Shown here: positions 37,154 to 49,535 of the stretch, in pieces | Position numbering within the stretch: position 1 is the stretch's first letter | Layout of the letters: each line of letters begins with the position of its first letter | Source of the DNA: Somniosus microcephalus | Taxonomy: Eukaryota | Length of the DNA: 64,000 nucleotides | Assembly: GCA_052327205.1 (NCBI GenBank) | Contig: CM126231.1 | Coordinates: 26,908,001 to 26,972,000 of the forward strand | Direction: 5' to 3' | Position numbers and translations under genes: made by a program | Notes under the pieces: generated by a model | Seen by the model: only the letters and a program-made list of their open reading frames with translations | Told to the model about the DNA's origin: nothing | Database searches by the model: none

Positions 37154-38689
37154 CTGGATGAAAACAAATGGAATCAGAGTCAGTGGATTTCTCTTAGACA
37201 AAAAAAATATATATTGGTGTCTCAAAGTCTCAATTGGACAACCCACACTTGCTGCAGTCACTTTTTGTATTTGTTCACGGGATGTGGGCGTCGCTGGCAA
37301 GACCAGCATTTATTGCCCATCCCTAATTGCCCTCGAGAAGGTGATGGTGAACCGCCTTCTTGAACCGCTGCAGTTCATGTGCTGCAGGTACTCTCACCGT
37401 GCTGTTAGTATACTTCTTTGTAGCGGTTTAAGAACATAAGAAATAGGAGCAGGAGTCGGCCATACGGCCCCGCGAGCCTGCTCCGCCATTCAATAAGATC
37501 ATGGCTGATCTTCGACCTCAACTCCACTTTCCTGCCTGATCTCCATATCCCTTGATTCCCCTAGAGTCCAAAAATCTATCGATCTCAGCCTTGAATACAC
37601 TCAAAGACTCAGCATTCACAGCCCTCTGGGGCAGAGAATTCCAAAGATTCACAACCCTCTGAGTGAAGAAATTCCTTCTCATCTCAGTCTTAAATGGCCG
37701 ACCCCTTATCCTGAGACTATGTCCCCTAGTTGTAGACACTCCAGCCAGGGGGAAACAACCTCTCAGCATCTACCCTGTCAATCCATCAGAATCTTGTATG
37801 TTTCAATGAGATCACCTCTCATTCTTCTAAACTCCAGAGAGTATCGGCCCATTCTCCACAATCTCTCATCATAGGACAGCCCTCTCATCCCAGGAATCAA
37901 TCTAGTGAACCTTCGTTGCACCGCCTCCAAGGTAAGTATATCCTTCCTTAGATAAGGAGACCAAAACAGTGCCCAGTACTCCAGGTGTGGTCTCACCAAG
38001 GCCCTGTACAATTGGAGCAAGACTTCCTTACTCTTATACTCCAACCCCTTGCAATAAAGGCCAACATGCCATTTGCCTTCCTTATTGCTTGCTGTACCAA
38101 ACCTAGCATGCATGCAGGTACAACTGAGTGGCTTGCTGGGCCATTTCCGAGGGTAGTTAAGAGTCAACCACATTGCTGTGGGTCTGGAGTCACATATAGG
38201 CTCAGACCAGGTAAGGATGGCAGATTTTGGCCAGCACCCCGCGGGGGGACGGCAGAAGGGGCAGGTGCTGGCAGGCGGCCAGCAAAAAAAAAAGGGGCCG
38301 CCCGGCACCTCCCCTTTAAATATCGCCGCCCCGGCCGCACGTGCGCCCCCCCGACGTAGCGTCTGGTGGTACGTCAGGGGGCGCAACCGAAGTTCGCGGC
38401 CGGGGCGCTGCGCACGGCGATGATGTCATCGCCGGAGGCACAGCACCGTGGGGCGCTACCAGCTACCGACGCTGCTAACCTCCCGCTGAATTTCGCGGGA
38501 GGCATCAGCGGCGCCGCGCCCGGGCGTTAGTTGCATTTGGGGCACTAACGGGAGGTGCAAAGCAACCGAATTTTGCCCCCCTTATCTATAAACTATCCTT
38601 CTTCAACTCGTGAAAGTAGGCCAAGCCGTCCCCGAGGTTCGAGGGGTGCATCGCTCTTTTGACACTTTTGTTTTTGATCAAATATAGAA

Positions 38690-40072
38690 TCATAGAATCG
38701 TAGATTAGAATCATCGAATGGATACAGCACAGAAGGAGGCCATTCGGCAAGAGCACTTCAGCTATTTCCACTCCCCCGCCCTTTCCCCGTAGCCCGGCAA
38801 AAAACATTTTCAGGTACTTATCCAACTCCCTTTTGAAAGCCGTGATTGAATCTGCCTCCACCACCCTTTCAGGCAGTACATTCCAGATCCTAACCACTCG
38901 CTGCGTAAAAAAATGTTTTCCCTCATGTCGCCTTTGGTTCTTCTGCCAATCACCTTAAATCTGTGTCCTCTGGTTCTCGACCCTTCCGCCAATGGGAACA
39001 GTTTCTCTCTATCTACTCTGTCCAGACCCCTCATGATTTTGAACACCTCGATCAAATCTCCTCTCAACCTTCACTGCTCTAAGGAGAACCACCGCAGCTT
39101 CTCAGTCTATCCACGCAACTGAAGTCTCTCATCCCTGGAATCATTCTCGTAAATCTTTTCTGCACCCTCTCTCAGGCCTTCACATCCTTCCTAAAGTGCA
39201 GTGCCCAGAATTGGACACAATACTCTAGTTGAGGCCGAACCAGTGTTTTATACAGGTTCATCATAATTTCCATGCTTTTGTACTCTGTACCTCTATTCAT
39301 GAAGCCCAGGATCCCGTAAGCTTTTTTTAACTGCTTTCTCAACCTGCCCTGCCACCATCAACGATTTGTGCACACATACCCCAAGGTCTCTCTGTTCATG
39401 CACCCCCTTTAGGATTGTACCCTTTAGTTTATATTTCCTCTCTTCATTCTTTCTACCAAAATGTATCACTTTGCACTTTTCTGCGTTAAATTTCATCTGC
39501 CACGTGTCCGCCTATTCCACCACCTGTCTATGTCCTCTTGAAGTCTATCACTATCCTCCTCACCGTTCACTATACTTCCAAGTTTTGTGTCATCTGCAAA
39601 TTTTGAAATTGTGCCCTGTACACCCAAGTCCAAGTCATTAATATATATCAAGAAAAGCAGTGGTCCTAGTACCGACCCATGGGGAACACCACTGTATACC
39701 ATCCTCCAGTCCAAAAAACAACCGTTCACCACTGCTCTCTGTTTCCTGTCACTTAGCCAATTTCGTATCCATGCTGCCACTGTCCCTTTCATTCCACGGG
39801 CTTCAATTTTGCTGGCAAGCCTATTATGTGGCACTTTGTCAAACGCCTTTTGGAAATCCATATACACCACATCAACCACATTGCCCTCATCAACCCTCTC
39901 TGTTACCTCATCAAAAAACTCGATCAAATTGGTTAAACATGATTTGCCTTTAACAAATCTGTGCTGGCTTTCCTTAATTAATCCACACTTGACCAAGTGA
40001 CTGTTAATTTTGTCCCGGATTATTGTTTCTAAAAGTTTCCCCACTACCGAGGTTAAACTGACCGGCCTGTAG
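38690..40072 (-). mobile_element. CR1 LINE 3' fragment (RT core)
   Basis: YMDFQKAFDKVPH, SGVPHGSVLGPLLFLIYINDL, KFADDTK; ends in (ATTCT/ATGATTCT)n tail. Confidence 0.92.
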
Positions 40073-40323
40073 TTTTTTTAAAATTTTTTTTTTAAATTCA
40101 TTGATGGGATGTGGGCGTCACTGGCTGGCTAGGCCTGCATTCAGTGCCCATCCCTAATTGCCCTTGAGAAGATGGTGGTGAGCCACCTTCTTGAACCGCT
40201 GCAGTCCATATGGTGTAGGTACACCCACAATGCTGTTAGGAAGGGAGTTCCAGGATTTTGGCCCAGCGACAGTGAAGGAACGGCGATACAGGTCCAAGTC
40301 AGGATGGTGTGTGACTTGCAGGG

Positions 40324-40504
40324 TGTTGTGTATGTACCTTTAAGAGAATAAATGGTCTCAGACTGCAGTACCGGCAGTGACCACCCCTGTATAAAAGGCG
40401 CTAGTGAGCCTCTGTGTTTTCAATTTCCCTATTGACTTCAATCAGTAAAGACTTGTTTTGTTCAACTCCTGCTGTCCGTGTCTCAATCATTCACGGACAT
40501 AATA
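40324..40504 (+). repeat. 5' LTR
   Basis: TGTTGTG...ACATAATA; TATA box TATAAAAG and AGTAAA poly(A)-like signal; direct repeat of 45220-45400. Confidence 0.95.
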
Positions 40505-41151
40505 CTGGCGACGAGCAGATACGAACTTACCTACAGTCTGCACCACCTCCTGGGATCCATTCCTGCAGCGAAGTGAGCAGAGGTCGAGGCCAGAAGGAAG
40601 AAAGAAGCAGTAGAAATGGGTGTTGACCATGGGCATCCGCCCCTGTGTTAGCGGAGTTGAAGATTGCTGGAGAAGCTGTCGAAAGCGGGGCCTGATTCCT
40701 GTCGACGGTGCTTCAGCTAATCGGGCTGGTGGCAGGTAGTACACTGATCCTTCCTGGGCTGCGGCGTTCGCGAACTCAAGCGGGTGGCTTGCAACGGGGC
40801 CGAGCAGCGTTGTTGGGAAGAGGAGAGAGAGAGGGTGGAGCACACAGGGCACGGCCGGTGCTACAAAGCCGGGCTGCGTATAGACCCGAGAAGAGGGAGG
40901 CAAGAGTCCCATAGGGTTGTTCCACGACGGGAAAATAATAAAAAAAGAAATATTAAACGCGCAAGAAACCGCGAGGAGCTGCAGGTTGCAACGGAAACCG
41001 CGGAAAGCAACGCTAGCAACAGCGGGGAAGAAGGCAAAGCGCGGGAGGCGCCATCTTAATCAGCGGGGAAGAAGGCAAAGCGCGGGAGTTGCCATTTTGT
41101 TAAATCGGGGAAGAAGGCAAAGCGCGGGAGGCGCCATTTTAGATTTTCAAG

Positions 41152-44100
41152 ATGCCGAAGACTGGCTGTATCACTGCCTTTGATAATACAATAGAGGACT
41201 GGACCACGTATGTGGAAAGAGTCGAGGTATATTGCGAGGCAAACGAAATAGCCGATGAGAAAAAGGCATCGGTATTGCTAAACTTAATGGGCGCTAGAAC
41301 GTACGGCCTATTGCGGGACCTGATTACTCCAGCCAAACCGAAGGCGAAGAGTTTTAACGAAATTGTTGCTGTCCTACAGGAACACCTAAACCCTGCACCG
41401 CTGTTGATAGCAGAAAGATTTAATTTCCACAGGAGAACTCAGCATAAAGATGAGAGCAATGCTGAGTACCTTACGGAACTACGCAAGCTATCAAAGCACT
41501 GCCAGTTTGGAGCAGGACTGGCAGATACCCTACGGGACAAATTTGTCTGTGGACTCCTGAGTGAAGGAACACAGAAGAAGTTACTCTCAGAGAAAGAGCT
41601 GACGCTAGATAAGGCTTTCAGCGTGGCAGTACCGTACGAAGCAGCAGCCAGGGGAGCTGCGGAAATTCAACAAAAGCCACAGGAATACGGCACCCACGAA
41701 ATGACACGGGGATTTGCAAAATGTTATCACTGCGGCAGAACTAACCATGACCAGAAGGACTGTTGGTCCAAAGACAAAATATGCAGGCAATGCGGAAAGA
41801 TGGGACACATTGCACGAGTTTGCAGGTCTGGGAAGAAGACCAGTGACAACAAAAAGGCTACTAAGGAACCGTACAAGAAAGTACAAAAGATGACGGACAG
41901 CAGTTCCGAAGACCAGATGAGCGATAGTGAATCCGGGAACAGGAGACTAAGCTGTCTCAAACTTCACAATGTAATCGCAAAAGAGGATCACCGAACCATT
42001 TGGGCCACCCTCACGATAGCAGGGTCCCAAGTTAAAATGGAATTGGATACAGGATCAGCGCTAACTGTCATGAATCGACGAGACTACGAGCGGCTATTCT
42101 CACACATACCCTTGAGAGAGACATCCATCGTCTTGACGACGTATACGGGGCAAAAAGTGTACCCCAGAGGAAAAATAAGGGTGCCTGTCGAATACAACGG
42201 CAAGAAAATATGGAAATTGTATCTCTACATACTGCAAAATGGTGGACCACCATTATTGGGACGTGAATGGATCAGGAAGATAAGCTTAGATTGGCACTCC
42301 ATTCATGCAATGACGGTGGACGGTAAAAAAGATGACGACGTCACTCCTGGACGATTGTCAACAATCTTAGCTAACGCCAAAGAGGTATTTCAACAAGAAC
42401 TGGGCACTCTTAAAGGCGTAACCGCCTCGATAAAAATAGAAGAGAATGCAATTCCCAAGTTTTTCAAAGCAAGACCGGTACCATATGCAATTCGCCCAGC
42501 CGTCGAGGCAGAGCTGGAGAATCTGGAGAAGGCGGGCGTGTTGTCTAAGGTCGACTGGAGCGAGTGGGCGACACCCATCATTCCTGTCATGAAGAAAACA
42601 TTAAGCAATAAGTCTGAGGAGCCAAGGAAGGTTCGCATCTGTGGGGATTTCAAGGTGACGGTGAACCCAGTCCTTCACACAGTACAATATCCTCTTCCAA
42701 GGATAGAAGACATCTTCGCCTCACTGTCTGAAGGGAAGCGTTTTACAAAAATTGACCTAGCACAAGCATATTTGCAGATGGAGGTTGAAGACTCCTCTAG
42801 GAAGTATCTCACGATAAACACTCACAAAGGTCTTTACCAGTATCATCGATTGGTATTCGGAGTAGCATTGGCTCCGGCGATATGGCAAAGAGCGATGGAA
42901 CAAGTCCTGCAAGGGATTCCGGGGACTCAGTGTTACTTGGACGACATCCTTGTGACAGGTGAAGATGACAGTGAACACCTTAACAACCTAGAACAGGTGC
43001 TCACTAGACTACGGGAACATGGGCTACGAGCCAACCGCCCCAAGTGCGAGTTTTTTAAGAAACAGATATCGTATTGTGGCCACGTGATTGATGAAGAGGG
43101 GTTACACAAGTCCCCTGACAAAATTGAAGCGGTTGTTAAGGCCCCAGCGCCTGAAAATGTGTCGCAACTGAGGTCATTCCTCGGATTGGTGAATTACTAC
43201 CATAAGTTTTTGCCGAATTTGTCGACAATTCTGCACCTACTGAACGCCCTGCTATGAACGGGAGTAGCATGGAAATGGAGCAATGATTGTAAGCGGGCCT
43301 TTCAGAAGAGTAATGACTTAATCACTTCAAGAGAAGTATTGGCTCACTACAACCCAGCACTGCCGATCAGACTGGCGTGTGATGCGTCTCCCTACGGCAT
43401 TGGGGCGGTACTGTCACATAAATTCCTTGATGGTTTAGAGAGGCCGATAGCTTTTGTGTCACGCTCGTTAACTTCTGCCGAGCGTAACAACGCCCAGATT
43501 GACAGAGAGGCCCTCAGCCTAGTGTGGGGGGTGAAGAAGTTCAATCACTATCTGCACGGTCAAAAATTTACTCTACTAACCGATCATCAACCTCTTGTCT
43601 CCATTTTCAACCCTCAGAAGGGCGTACCGATAATGACAGCACAACGGCTGCAGAGGTGGTCCCTTTTCCTAGGGGCACACCAATATGACATCGAGTACAA
43701 AGGAACTAAACAGCATGGGAATGCTGATGGATTGTCACGCCTACCGTTGCCGACGGTGGAAGAAGAAGACCTTGCAGTGGATCCAATGGAGTTATTCCAC
43801 TTGACCATAGTCGAATGTCTCCCTGCGACGAATGCAAACATAGAAAAGGAAACCCGGAATGACCCGACACTATCACGGGTCTATGATTTAATGGTGAAGG
43901 GATGGCCAGCACATGGCGAACCACTGCTGCCAGCATTCTCGCCGAGAAGAGAACAGCTGTCAGTGTGCAGAGGAACCTTGATGTGTGGGTCCAGAGTAGT
44001 AATTCCACCTAAGTTGACGGATAGAGTGCTCAATGAGCTTCATGAGGGTCATCTGGGTGGGGTAAAAATGAAGAACTTAGCCAGAGCATTTGTGTGGTGG

Positions 44101-45111
44101 CCGGGAATCGATAGAGAAATCGAAGAGATGACCAAGAGCTGTGCAGGATGCCAGAAGGTCCAAAACGCCCCACCACAAGCTCCTGTGCATCCATGGGAGT
44201 GGCCCTCATCTCCATGGCAAAGGGTGCACATTGATTTTGCTGGTCCCTTCATGGACTCGATGTTTTTAATTGCGGTGGATGCACATTCAAAGTGGCCAGA
44301 GGTAATAAAAATGTCCTCAACCACCACGGAAAAAACTATCACAGTTTTACGAACCATATTCGCCAGGAATGGGCTGCCTGAACAGATTTGCTCTGACAAT
44401 GGACCACAGTTTGTGTCTGAAGATTTCCGGAGGTTCTTAAAGAACAATGGTGTTAAGCATTACACATCTGCCCCATATCATCCAGCTACTAATGGATTGG
44501 CCGAGAGGTTTGTTCAAACATTCAAGAAGGCTATCAAGGCAATGTGTAATGAAGATATACCCCTACAACACAAGGTGGACAACGTCTTGTTTGCCTACCG
44601 GAATGCGACACATGCAGTTACCAACCAAACTCCAGCCATGATGTTCTTCAATCGAAGACTACGATGCCGCTTGGATTTGGTTAAGCCAAACGTCCGAAGA
44701 GATGTGGAGAACAGGCAGTTTCAGAATATGAATGAAAGGCCGACCAGGAGTTTTAAGATAGGTCAACCAGTTTTGGCCCGGGACTACCGCACTGAGAAAT
44801 GGCAGCCAGGAACGATTTGTACACGACAAGGACCTCTCATGTATACCGTGGACGTTGGAGAGAGCACTGTAAGACGCCATGCTGACCAGATTCTAGAGTC
44901 ACTGGAAAACGTCAACTCCACACCACGATCTGATACACCTGGCAATGAAATCGACGTACCAATTGCAGCTACCGCAGAATCGGTGATATTGGAAGCAGAT
45001 GAACCAAACAAAGACATTGATCCCGACTCAACCTTGCCAGAAGAACCTGATACCCCAAAGAGGCGTTATCCAGACAGAATCAGGAAGCCTCCTCAAAGAC
45101 TGAACTTATAA
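41152..45111 (+). pseudogene. Gypsy gag-pol polyprotein interrupted by one in-frame TGA (43255-43257)
   Basis: ORFs 41152-43257 and 43339-45111 are in the same frame. Two CCHC knuckles, protease LDTGS, RT YLDD, RNase H (CDAS), integrase HHCC and DFAGP/SDNG/AERF; order PR-RT-RH-IN identifies Gypsy. Confidence 0.95.
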
Positions 45112-45219
45112 TTGCTTAAACTTAACCAATGTATCTAGCAACCGTAATTGTGATTGTAATTAGTTATCATTTAGTTGTTAAATGAATGTTATGTACTGTT
45201 TATCTAAAAGGGGAGGAAT

Positions 45220-45400
45220 TGTTGTGTATGTACCTTTAAGAGAATAACTGGTCTCAGACTGCAGTACTGGCAGTGACCACCCCTGTATAAAAGGCGCTAG
45301 TGAGCCTCTGTGTTTTCAGTTTCCCTATTGACTTCAATCAGTAAAGACTTGTTTTGTTCAACTCCTGCTGTCCGTGTCACAATCATTCACGGACATAATA
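45220..45400 (+). repeat. 3' LTR
   Basis: Follows the PPT; 177/181 identical to the 5' LTR by manual comparison. Confidence 0.95.
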
Positions 45401-46063
45401 GAGGGGAACTTGTAGGTGGTGATGTTCCCATGCGTCTGCTGCCCTTGTCCTTCTAAGTGGTAGAGGTTGTGGGTTTGGAAGGTGCTGTTGAAGGAGCTTT
45501 GCCGAGTTGCTGCAGTGCATCTTGTAGATGGTACACACTGCAGCCACAGTGCGCCGGTGGTGGAGGGAGTGAATGTTGAAGGTGGTGGATGAAGTGCCAA
45601 TGAAGCGGGCTGCTTTATCCTGAATGGTGTCGAGCTTCTTGAGTGTTGTTGGAGCTGCACTCATCCAGGCAAGTGGAGAGTATTCCATCACACTCCTGAC
45701 TTGTGCCTTGTAGATGGTGGAAAGGCTTTGGGGAGTCAGGAGGTGAGACACTCGCCGCAGAATTCCCAGCCTCTGGCCTGCTCTTGTAGCCACAGTATTT
45801 ATATGGCTGGTCCAGTTCAGTTTCTGATCAATGGTAACCCCCAGGATGTTGATAGTGGGGGATTCAGCGATGGTAATGCCATTGAATGTCAAGGGGAGAT
45901 GGTTAGAATCTCGCTTGTTGGAGATGGTCATTGCCTGGCACTTGTGTGGTGCGAATGTTACTTGCCACTTGTCAGTAGTTGCTGGGTTTATCCTTACAAC
46001 CTTTTCTTTGTAGCAATTAGTTCTAAACAAAGCTAGAAAATGTAGATGGAAAAGATTCCTTAC

Positions 46064-46191
46064 TAGATGTAGCTGGGCAGAATTCGCCCTTATTGGGTCC
46101 AAAGAGATGCAGCCGACAGCAGCGTGATATTGGGTTCAGCCAGTCAATAAAATCATCCACCCACGAGGAGGCAGGGATGGCCAAATAAGAC
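46064..46191 (-). CDS. NPC1L1: NPC1L1 coding exon (128 bp; not in ORF track)
   Basis: Manual translation SYLAIPASSWVDDFIDWLNPISRCCRLHLFGPNKGEFCPATS; CAG acceptor, GTAAG donor; phase 2 to 1. Confidence 0.95.
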
Positions 46192-47292
46192 CTGAGGATT
46201 AAAGAGGTTTTCCAGCATGAGAAAAATAAAACAAGGTGGTTCGAAGCATTGTAATGGCTCAGCTTTAAGGGGATATGGTATATCAGAGGGTGGGAGGAGG
46301 CTCTCGTGGAGCATAAACACCGGCATAGACCAGTTGGGCCGAATGAATGGCCGGTTTCTGTGCTGTAGAGTCTATGTGATCACACTGCTGCTTCTGTTAT
46401 TCAGGACTGCTTCTTACATACAAACACAACCAGACAATGCTACAGCCAGAAAGAGGTCTCTGACCCACTGTCCTTGCATTGGCTCTTTGAAGGAGCCAAT
46501 TCTCAGTCCTATTCCCCTGCCACTTCCCCATCCTTTTCTTCAAATATTTTACAGCTCCTCTTTTTAGATCTGTTATAGATTCTTCTTCCACCTCGGTTCC
46601 TGGTCGGGTGTTCGAACGCCCTCTGCCTCCGAAAGAAAATCTATACTTTCTCCATTCGTTTGACGACGACTTTAAAATTATGCCCTCCAGTCACCAACCA
46701 GTGGAAGTAATTGTTTCCCCGACCCCCCTCATCAAAACCCTTTAATGACGTTGAACACCTCTATCAGGTCTCCCTTTTTCACCTTCTTGTGACTAAATCC
46801 AGAGAATGTAGATCGCTGGCTTTGCATGCTACCGAACCATTGGAAGTTGGGGACAATATATATTAACAAAAACAATAAATGAACACAATCTTCCTGCTGT
46901 ATATTGTAGCTGACCTTTAGAAGCACAGTCTTTCTTCTCTCATACTTCCTCACTGTGAGAGCTAACTGGCTTGATCTATCGCTCTGAAGATTCCAAAACC
47001 AACACATTAATTACACATCTGACGAAGGGTCATCGACCTGAAACATTGACTCTGTTTCTCTCTACTCGACGCTGCCTGACCTGCTGAGTATTTGTGCTGT
47101 GACGTGGTTCTGATCATTTTCTGTATTGTTAATGGGGCGGAATGGCTTCACGGTAAATGACAATCAATACTTCACTCAGCGCCGAGTGTGGAAAGACTAC
47201 ACCGCACACACACAGTTTGTGCAAAAACCGCCGCAACACTTGAGATTTTAGCGTGTAAAGGAAGCGTTCACGTTGAACCCAATGAGACTCAC

Positions 47293-47483
47293 ACTTGTGG
47301 GAAGTCTGTGGCATACTGGATCTTCTGGGTCATGGAGTTGCCGTCACATCCCACGCTGGAGCAGACACCATTCATTCCATCCACAGTGGTGAAATTGTAC
47401 CCAGCAGTCGTAACAAAGTACACAGGCACACCCACTTCAAAATACTTGTTAAGGGCAGCAAAGTAATCCAACATATACGAGTC
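47293..47483 (-). CDS. NPC1L1: NPC1L1 coding exon (191 bp, C-terminal luminal domain)
   Basis: DSYMLDYFAALNKYFEVGVPVYFVTTAGYNFTTVDGMNGVCSSVGCDGNSMTQKIQYATDFPQ; CAG/GTGAG boundaries. Confidence 0.96.
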
Positions 47484-49535
47484 CTGACAAGACATAACAA
47501 AGAGGCAAGTTTATATCAGACAACTAGGCCGCATCATACACGATGATGTACTTTAACATGAATTGTGGATTAGCGGGAATCTTTTGTCGGTGTTCGACGG
47601 AGTAGAAATTGGATCACGCTGTGCAGGTTTTACAGGGTCCAATAGAAAAGTTGTGTTAAACTTGTATGGAGCTTGGTTAGACCACACTTGGAGTACAGTG
47701 AACAGTTCTGGTCTCCATATTATAAAAAGGATATAGAGGCACTGGAGAGGGTGCAAAAAGGATTTACTAGAATGATACCGGGACTGAGTGGTTATACCTT
47801 TCAGGAAAGAGTGAACAGGCTGGGGCTCTTTTCTCTAGAATGAGGGTGAGCTGCCAGGTTATTCTTTAAGATTATGAAATGGGTCGATAGGGTAGATGTA
47901 GAGAAGATGTTTCCACTTGCAGGCAAGACCAGAACTAAGGGCCATAAATATAAGACAGTCACTAATAAATCCAAGAGGGAATTCAGGAGAAACTTCTTTA
48001 CCCAGAGAGTGGTTAGAATGTGGAACTCGCTACCACAGGGAGTGGTTGAGGTGAATAGCATAGATACATTTAAGGGGAAGCTAGATAAACACGAGGGAGA
48101 AAGGAATAGAAGGATATGCTGATGGGGTGAGATGAAGAGGGGTGGCAGGAGGCTCGCGTGGAGCATAAACACTGGCATGGACCAGTTGGGCCGAATGGCC
48201 TGTTTCTGTGCTGTAAATACTGTGTAACATGTAACTATATGGCGGCTGGTGAGCGCGCTCAACTGGCGCCGGAGGTACGCTGCCCACCATATTGGCAAAG
48301 GCCCCGCCATAGGCGACCAGAGAACAGGCCTAACACAGGCATTAGGACCTCTGAATGCACCGTGTATGACCGATGGAGGCTGCCACTGGAAAGGTTAAGT
48401 GTTAAAATTTTACTGACCTTATTGTGGCTCCACATTAAATACACGGGTCGCTGCTGGACCCCACTCCCCCCCCCCCCCCCCCACCCCTGGACCCTCCTTA
48501 CTACCTCCAGCCATCAGATGACCTTGGTACCTCCTGCAAACCGGTAATAAACAACTGAAGCTGGCAGGCCAGTTTCTCACAGCCCTGCCACCATCTCTTT
48601 AGGCGATTGCAACCGTCAGTGATGGAGCCTTCAACCATCACAGCCTCACTCTTTGAAACCCGCTCCCAAAAACTTCAACCTTTAAAAGCTTGATATGAAA
48701 CAGCACAAAACCGGTGTTTGACTAGAATGGTTCCAGGGATGAGGGGTTACAGTTTCGTGGATAGACTGGAGAAGCTGGGGTTGTTCTCCTTGGAACAGAG
48801 AAAGCCAAGAGGAGATTTGATAGAGGTGTTCAAAATCATGAAGGGTTTAGATCGAGTAAATAAAGAGAAACTGTTTCCAGTGGCTGAAGGGTCGATAACC
48901 AGAGGGCCCAGATTTAAGATGATTGGCAAAAGAACCAGAGGTGACAGGAGGAATTTTTTTTTCACGAAACGAGTGGTTAGGATTTGGAATGCACTGCCTG
49001 ATAGGGCGGTGGAAGCAGATTCAATCGTGGCTTTCAAAAGGGAGTTGGATAAGTATCTGAAGGAAAGAAATTTGCAGGACTACAGGGAAAGGGCGGGGGA
49101 GTGGGACTAGCTGAAGAACCCTTGCAGAGAGCCGGCACGGGCTCGACGGGTTGAATGGCCTTCTTCCGTGCTGTAACCATTCTATGATTCTAAATGTAAT
49201 ACCTCACACTTATCTGGGTTGAAGTTTATTTGCCAATTATCTGCCCATTCTGCAAGTTTATCAATGTCTTCTTGTAATTTGTTGCAGTCCTCCTCAGTGT
49301 TGACTATCCCCCCCCCCCCCCAATTTAGTGATGTGTGACTCAGGAGGCAAGGAGCAGCGAGAGAAGATACTTACTTTGTGTGAAGTAGTGAGGAAAGACT
49401 GAAGGAAAGATTTGCATTTATACAGCCTGTTCTAACATCTTTTGGAAATGTCTTGTCGCAATTTGCATCCCATAAATTATTTGAAGGGTAGTGACTGCGA
49501 TTTTGTGGCAATGCAGCAACCATTTTGTACACATC

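Larger units (their letters stand above)
40324..45400 (+). mobile_element. full-length Gypsy/Ty3 (Mag-like) LTR retrotransposon, antisense in an NPC1L1 intron
   Basis: 181-bp LTRs at 40324-40504 and 45220-45400 with 4 mismatches; PBS TGGCGACGAG at 40506-40515; PPT AAAAGGGGAGGAA at 45206-45218; 5-bp TSD cAGGG/gAGGG; gag-pol inside. Confidence 0.97.

Noticed and set aside
40487-41183. Extra ORFs in the Gypsy leader as accessory or env-like genes
   Set aside because: Short, overlapping, mostly non-ATG starts with no recognisable domain; consistent with a GC-rich untranslated leader.
43255-43257. Programmed stop-codon readthrough in Gypsy pol
   Set aside because: The TGA lies between RT and RNase H, not at the gag/pol boundary, and its context (TGA-ACG) is not a known readthrough motif; a point mutation such as CGA to TGA is simpler.
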